From a virus (Duplodnaviria; Caudoviricetes), in IMG/VR virus record IMGVR_UViG_3300028392_000072, positions 1 through 59,175 of that record: a stretch of 59,175 nt of DNA; one strand, written 5' to 3'. The notes under the pieces were generated by a model. The model did not search any database. It was not told where the DNA came from and saw nothing but the letters and a program-made list of their open reading frames with translations. The translations under genes and the position numbers were made by a program. Shown here piece after piece: positions 58,834-59,175 of this stretch; position 1 is the first letter of the stretch; each line of letters starts with the position of its first letter.

Positions 58834-58873
58834 ATTTTATACAAAAATAGATAAAAGTTTTATATCTGCCTAA
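58834..58873 (-). promoter_or_regulatory. Bacteroidota-type promoter for leader 3 (plus TAATATATA at ~58791-58799)
   Basis: TTAGGCAGATATAAAACTTTTATCTATTTTTGTATAAAAT. Confidence 0.75.
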
Positions 58874-58890
58874 TATTTTTAATTTTTATT

Positions 58891-59049
58891 TTAAATTGTC
58901 ATTGGTCTATTTAATTTACTCCAATCATCAATCTGCCTTTTCTTTTCAATTAGTTCTATTTGTAACTGAAGTTCTTCAATAATCTTATCAAATTCTTCAC
59001 CTTTAATTACCTTATCAGGGTCAAATTTAATATCTTCTATTTTTTTCAT
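58891..59049 (-). CDS. small hypothetical protein (52 aa, not in track)
   Basis: MKKIEDIKFDPDK...RPMTI; TATATTTG just upstream. Confidence 0.5.
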   Translation of the reverse strand: MKKIEDIKFDPDKVIKGEEFDKIIEELQLQIELIEKKRQIDDWSKLNRPMTI

Positions 59050-59175
59050 AATACAAATATAGTAATTTAATTTTAAATATCTTTATTTTTTTGTTTAGAT
59101 TTCCAAATTTCAATATCTCTTTCCATAAACTTTCTTAGTCTCTTTGAGATATTAATAGAATTTTCATCACAGAAT

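Noticed and set aside
1-59175. Stop-codon recoding or suppressor tRNAs
   Set aside because: Long conserved genes are intact in the standard code; no CTA, TTA or TCA anticodons found.
1-59175. CRISPR array
   Set aside because: No regularly spaced identical repeats with unique spacers; repeats seen are protein-domain or promoter duplications.
1-59175. Bacterial chromosome or eukaryotic giant-virus origin (aaRS, ClpC, glycan genes)
   Set aside because: gp32-like SSB, gp14/tube-like genes, homing endonucleases, intrinsic terminators and Bacteroidota promoters fit a jumbo phage better.

Overview
AT-rich window from a large T4-superfamily-like (jumbo) bacteriophage, standard genetic code. The host is probably Bacteroidota: TTTG-N~19-TAnnTTTG promoters, boxA-like sites and Bacteroidota-type tRNA-Glu acceptor stems. 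Contents: RNR beta, a run of proteins sharing an N-terminal MK(H/Y)LKx(F/Y)xE tag (one Acb1-like), gp32-like SSB, structural genes, a ~13 kb glycosylation cluster, N-domain-less ClpC, Pth2-like/CYTH/MgtC genes, an intein-containing flavoprotein, homing endonucleases, GlnRS, GluRS, about 18 tRNA/tRNA-like genes and an ~850 nt GOLLD-like RNA. Main finding: three tRNA operons are each preceded by promoter + short leader ORF + terminator, with an antiterminator inside the leader. The leader control codons match the downstream tRNAs: poly-Gln before 2x tRNA-Gln + GlnRS; QPQPQDQD-like before Gln/Pro/Asp; only M/T/I/N/L/V/C/R before Met/Thr/Ile/Asn/Leu/Val/Cys/Arg. This suggests ribosome-mediated attenuators that switch on phage tRNAs when cognate charged tRNAs are depleted. 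Several tRNAs are non-canonical (D-armless with relocated GG motif, 8-nt anticodon loops, Leu-bodied tRNA-Gln, D-loop hairpin insertions). All calls come from reading the sequence by eye; no searches or folding programs were run.
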